Origin: Lentisphaeria bacterium
Lineage (GTDB): Bacteria; Verrucomicrobiota; Lentisphaeria; JABSQK01; JAWLHB01
Length of the DNA: 20,000 bases
Direction: 5' to 3'
NCBI GenBank assembly: GCA_041690595.1
Contig: JAWLHB010000007.1
Span: 233,294-253,293 of the forward strand
The position numbers and the translations under genes are program-made. Below are positions 16,367 to 20,000 of this stretch, piece by piece. The notes below the pieces were generated by a model. The model was given only the letters and a program-made list of their open reading frames with translations. It searched no databases and was not told the origin of the DNA. Positions within the stretch are counted from its first letter, which is position 1, and the number at the start of each line of letters is the position of its first letter.

Positions 16367-17440
16367 TCAGCCGGTGACAGGAACCCACGAGCGGGTTTGG
16401 TCGGCCAGGTAGATGGCCTCGACCACATGGAGGGCGGCAACGCCGTCGCGGCCGGTGATCGGGGGCCGGGTATCGTTGAGAATGGAGTCTGCAAAGAGGC
16501 GCACGTACTCATGGCCCATGATGCCCGAGTAACCGCCGCTGCTCTGCAGTTCGAAGGTCTGTTCACGCCGCGGCGAGCCCGCGAAGCTCGGATGATCGCT
16601 GCAGACGTGCAGCACATCCTTCTGCCCCTCGTACGCCGGCGCCCAGGAGATGACCCCCTGCGTGCCGCGCAACGCAATGTAAAGGTCGCGGCCGTAGGGG
16701 AAGGAATCGGGCACCGTGTAGCTGATGTCGAGCGCCGCGATCGTCCCCTGCCGGAAGCGCAGGTGCGCGAAAGAGTTGTCCTCGATATCGTAGTCGGTAT
16801 TGATCTTGACGTTGCGCCCCGTCACCTCCACCACCTCGTCCTGCAGAATATGGCGGAAGAGGTCGATCCAGTGCACGCCAAGATTGTACATCGGCCCACC
16901 GCCCGAGCGCTGCTTCTGCAGAATCCAGGGCGAATGACCGTCGATGTAGCGGTGCAGGCGACCGGCCGCGCAGCGCCCCTCCACCCCGACCAGAGTTCCC
17001 AGTACCCCCTCCGCCAGCAGGCGCCGGATCTCCGTCACCACCGGGTGCAGGCGCCAGCAGTAGCCCGTCGTCAGCTTCACCTTGTATTCGGTTGCAGCCT
17101 GCACCGTCCGTTCCGCTCCCGCCGCGCTGGACGCCATTGGCTTCTCCACCATCAGGTGCAGACCCGCCTGCGCGCACCGTTCCGCCGCCGCCGGGCAATC
17201 CACGTGGGGCAGGAAGATCGCCGCGATGTCCAGCTCCTCCTTCTTGAGCATCTCCTCGAGATCGCCATAACCGGGCAGTCCGAAATCCGTGCAGAAGGGG
17301 AAGCGAAGTGCCGCATCGCTCTCCATGACCGCCGTTACCCGCGTGTGCGGATTGGCCTCGAAAAGCGGCATGTACGAACGCGGATGAAGATGGGCGAGGC
17401 CGATGATTCCGACCCTTAGCTGACGATCACTGGCGGACAT
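16367..17440 (-). CDS. Gfo/Idh/MocA-family oxidoreductase
   Basis: RVGIIGLAHLH, HLMVEKPMA, SGGGPMYNLGVHWID, IEDN, ITGRDGVAALHVVEAIY. Confidence 0.92.
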   Translation of the reverse strand: MSASDRQLRVGIIGLAHLHPRSYMPLFEANPHTRVTAVMESDAALRFPFCTDFGLPGYGDLEEMLKKEELDIAAIFLPHVDCPAAAERCAQAGLHLMVEKPMASSAAGAERTVQAATEYKVKLTTGYCWRLHPVVTEIRRLLAEGVLGTLVGVEGRCAAGRLHRYIDGHSPWILQKQRSGGGPMYNLGVHWIDLFRHILQDEVVEVTGRNVKINTDYDIEDNSFAHLRFRQGTIAALDISYTVPDSFPYGRDLYIALRGTQGVISWAPAYEGQKDVLHVCSDHPSFAGSPRREQTFELQSSGGYSGIMGHEYVRLFADSILNDTRPPITGRDGVAALHVVEAIYLADQTRSWVPVTG

Positions 17441-17499
17441 GGTGCGGTTCCTTCAGGCAAACTTGTTTGTGTTGTGATGAAAAAAATCCGAGGCCGACT

Positions 17500-18681
17500 C
17501 TACAGCAGCGGTATTGCCACTTCCCGTCCCTGCTGCTCGTCGGAAAGGTAGGCAGCATAAATCGTGGCGATGGTGTCGAGCGCCAGGTCGAGCCCCGAAG
17601 CCGGCTGCCGGTCATGCGCCGCGCAGGTGACGAAATCCTGCAGCTCCGCCTGGTATCCCATGGTCAGATTCTCGTCCGGAGCGGCAGGTGTCCAGCCTTC
17701 CTTGCTGCTGATCTTCTCCAGTAGATAGATGTCGGCAAACTGCTCCGCCTTGGGATTGTACGTCTCCATCAGCCCGGCGGGACTCAGCGCGCAGCGTGTG
17801 CGGTGGTTGTTGGCGAAGACCTCGATGTAATCGTAGATGCCGCCGAGCACCACCTCGCTCGTAATGGCGTCGCAGATAGTCCCGTCCTCGAAGGTGACAT
17901 GCATGATGCCGTAGTCTTCGATATCATGATAGTCGGTGCGGAGGAAGCCCTTGTCCTCATAGCCGGGCAGGCGGGTCAACTGGTGCGTGCGGGCCGTAAC
18001 CGCGACTGGCCGGATCGGTCGCCCGAGGCGCGCCAGCCCCTCGAACCGCTTGAGGTAGAGCATGCCCGTCAGCGGATGGCAACCCTTGCCCATCAGCGAA
18101 CCGCCGCCGGCCAGCCGCCAGATGCCGTACGTGTCCGATGCCGAGCCATTGTGCGATTCCTCGCCCGTCATGCGCAGGATCTGCGCCCCGCTCTTCTCGA
18201 TGATCTCCCGCTCCTTCTGCACACTTGGCGCATAGACAAAGTTCTCGGCATAGCCGAAGAAGACATTGCTGCCACGGATGGCGCCGGCCAGGCGCGCGAG
18301 CCGTTCGAGCGCATTCTCCAGCATCGCCCCCTTTGGCGCGCGATCCCCCCGCCACGCATCCCCCGCATCGGCCGGACCAAAGCTCCCGGTGAGCGGCTTC
18401 TCGCAGATAATGCCGACTCCTGCCTCGGCCGCCGCCAGAATCGCTTCGTCATGCGCATACGGCGGCGAGCAGATATCCAGCAGGTCGATGTGCGGCAGCA
18501 TCGCCTCCACCGTATCGAAGGGCGCGATCCCGTGGCGGGCGGCAAAACTCTCCCGACTGCTCGCCCGCTTCGATGTCACGCCGACGATCTCCACGTTGAC
18601 ACCATAGATCCGCTGGAGGCATTCCATATGGTAGCGCCCCGCGAATCCTGCTCCCACCAACCCTATGCGCAGGCTCTTCAT
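17500..18681 (-). CDS. Gfo/Idh/MocA-family oxidoreductase
   Basis: RIGLVGAGFAG, DICSPPYAH, IICEKPLTG, GYAEN, GGGSLMGKGCHP, DIEDYG, GYQAELQDF. Confidence 0.92.
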   Translation of the reverse strand: MKSLRIGLVGAGFAGRYHMECLQRIYGVNVEIVGVTSKRASSRESFAARHGIAPFDTVEAMLPHIDLLDICSPPYAHDEAILAAAEAGVGIICEKPLTGSFGPADAGDAWRGDRAPKGAMLENALERLARLAGAIRGSNVFFGYAENFVYAPSVQKEREIIEKSGAQILRMTGEESHNGSASDTYGIWRLAGGGSLMGKGCHPLTGMLYLKRFEGLARLGRPIRPVAVTARTHQLTRLPGYEDKGFLRTDYHDIEDYGIMHVTFEDGTICDAITSEVVLGGIYDYIEVFANNHRTRCALSPAGLMETYNPKAEQFADIYLLEKISSKEGWTPAAPDENLTMGYQAELQDFVTCAAHDRQPASGLDLALDTIATIYAAYLSDEQQGREVAIPLL

Positions 18682-18683
18682 GA

Positions 18684-19709
18684 TCAGTAACGTCCGTCCT
18701 GCGTCTCGAAGTGCGTCGGCTTCCCCAGATTCGTCCCACCGCTGGAAACCCAGGCAGCCGTCCAGTCGATGATCTGTCCCAGAGGCACCGTCGGATAGCC
18801 GAAGAGCGAAAGCGCCAGCGTCGCGTTGCTGAGATAGCCGTAGCCATTCTCCTCGCCCCGGAAGATCACCTCCTTATCGAAGATGCGGGCAAATCGCTGC
18901 GCGACCTGACGGATCGAGAAGGTCTCCGGCCCCGTCACATTGAGCACCGTCGCCGGACTGCTTGCCAGTCTCAGGCTGCGCAGCACCTGATCGCACGCAT
19001 CGCCCTGCCAGATGACGTTTGCGTAGCCGGTCGTGATATCCAGGGCTTCCCCCTTCCAGACCTTCGACGCCACATCCGCCAGCACCCCATAGCGCGGTTC
19101 AACCGAATAATTCAGCCGGATATGCACCACCTTCAGCCCCTCACGGCTCGACAGATAGTCGAAGACCCGTTCGCGCCCCAGGCAGCTCTGCGCATACTCG
19201 CCGACTGGCGCGGTGGGCGTCTCTTCCGTGCAGCCGCCGCTGCTCAGGTGAACAACCGGATAGACGCAGCCCGTCGACAGGGCCACCACCCGCGCGCCGG
19301 TAAAGGTGCGTGCCACATGGTACGGCACGATCGTGTTGATCGCCCACGTCATCTCCTCCGAACCCGTCGACCCGAATTTGCGGCCGACCAGAAAGACCAC
19401 ATTCTTGACCCGCGGCAGCTTCTCTACCTCCGCCAGGTTCAGCAGGTCACACTGAATGACCTCACACCCGGCTGCCTGCAGATCGTCCATGGCCGAGCGC
19501 GCCACCACGTAAACTTTCCTGGAGCTTCCCGCCTCATCCATGGCTCGTCTGGCCATGCGCGCGATGGTTGGGCCCATCTTGCCGCTGGCGCCAAGCACGA
19601 GGATGTCGCCGTCGAGCTGACGCAAGTCATCGATGAGCGCCGCGGAAGGGCGGCTGAGCAGCTCGTCGAGTTCCTGGGCATTGCGAATCTGCTGGGGAAA
19701 GGTGATCAT
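18684..19709 (-). CDS. NAD-dependent epimerase/dehydratase family protein (extended SDR)
   Basis: Rossmann motif DILVLGASGKMG, GRKFG, STGCVY, active-site-like EYAQSC (YxxxC rather than YxxxK), LNVTGPE. RBS GGAG upstream. Confidence 0.9.
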   Translation of the reverse strand: MITFPQQIRNAQELDELLSRPSAALIDDLRQLDGDILVLGASGKMGPTIARMARRAMDEAGSSRKVYVVARSAMDDLQAAGCEVIQCDLLNLAEVEKLPRVKNVVFLVGRKFGSTGSEEMTWAINTIVPYHVARTFTGARVVALSTGCVYPVVHLSSGGCTEETPTAPVGEYAQSCLGRERVFDYLSSREGLKVVHIRLNYSVEPRYGVLADVASKVWKGEALDITTGYANVIWQGDACDQVLRSLRLASSPATVLNVTGPETFSIRQVAQRFARIFDKEVIFRGEENGYGYLSNATLALSLFGYPTVPLGQIIDWTAAWVSSGGTNLGKPTHFETQDGRY

Positions 19710-19779
19710 CCGCTATAAACTCCACGCTGGCGAAGGATTGCATACTCTCGGAACGCGCCCGAAGCGCTGAAAAGAGACC

Positions 19780-19808
19780 ATTCTAACGCTTCTCCCGCAT
19801 GAATGCAA
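19780..19808 (-). promoter_or_regulatory. Sigma70-type promoter of the epimerase-to-aminotransferase operon
   Basis: - strand TTGCAT(19808-19803)-17nt-TAGAAT(19785-19780), about 70 nt upstream of ATG 19709. Confidence 0.7.
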
Positions 19809-19884
19809 CTCGCACCGCCATCCCTTCCCCACCGAAAAGTCCCACCTTCGAGCCGCTCCCCGAGCCGCGAGTCTGCCCCTTTCC

Positions 19885-19914
19885 CCGGTACGCCACTCGC
19901 CTGAGTGGCACCGG
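19885..19914. repeat. REP-like palindrome
   Basis: CCGGT-AC-GCCACTC-[GCCT]-GAGTGGC-ACCGG hairpin in non-coding DNA. Confidence 0.55.
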
Positions 19915-19935
19915 CGTTGGACATCGCCACTCCCC

Positions 19936-20000
19936 AACGCCCGCCCCCCAAAACCTCGGTCGCAACCTCGGTCCCGTAACGCCCGTCCCCCAAAACCTCG
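19936..20000. repeat. Direct repeat (23-bp unit, 42-bp spacing) reaching the window edge
   Basis: AACGCCCGCCCCCCAAAACCTCG (19936-19958) and AACGCCCGTCCCCCAAAACCTCG (19978-20000) differ at one base. AACCTCGGTC also occurs twice (19952-19961, 19964-19973). Confidence 0.75.

Noticed and set aside
17475..17499. Internal terminator suggested by a T7 tract on the - strand after the 17500 gene
   Set aside because: No convincing stem precedes the tract.
15372..18687. Identical junction CTGATCATGA at two gene boundaries (15375/15378 and 18681/18684)
   Set aside because: Six of the ten bases are fixed by the stop and start codons, so ordinary translational coupling or chance explains it.
15420..19718. 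Long + strand ORFs 15420-16412, 16349-17419, 17803-18690 and 18711-19718
   Set aside because: Each mirrors a well-supported - strand enzyme gene and is an antisense shadow.
19706..19993. Short ORFs upstream of the epimerase
   Set aside because: They run across the promoter, hairpins and repeats and give low-complexity translations.
19936..20000. CRISPR array interpretation of the edge repeats
   Set aside because: Only two units are visible, the 19-nt spacer is itself partly repeat-derived, the unit is not palindromic, and no cas genes are present.

Overview
High-GC bacterial window, inferred to come from a PVC-superphylum organism (probably Lentisphaerae), because DUF4838 paralogues sit beside a prepilin-type/H-X9-DG-like protein and a LacI regulator. 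It holds 15 credible CDSs. The left block (1-7281) is a PUL-like locus: two paralogous DUF4838 proteins (the first cut by the window edge), a small prepilin-type (DUF1559-like) protein, and a divergent LacI gene with a perfect 14-bp palindromic operator candidate. The middle has a + strand redox operon (ThuA-like, UroD/MT2-family, Gfo/Idh/MocA, aldo-keto reductase), a solitary purM, and an exported 501-aa protein that appears to fuse a LolA-like domain to an HExxH metallopeptidase-like domain. The right block is a - strand operon (NAD-dependent epimerase, two Gfo/Idh/MocA proteins, a D-2-hydroxyacid dehydrogenase, a class III aminotransferase) behind a clear sigma70 promoter, followed by hairpins and a direct repeat running into the window edge. 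Spot counts suggest G/C skew flips near 9-10 kb. No rRNA, tRNA, CRISPR array or transposase was seen. Family calls come from recognising motifs by eye, not from database searches.
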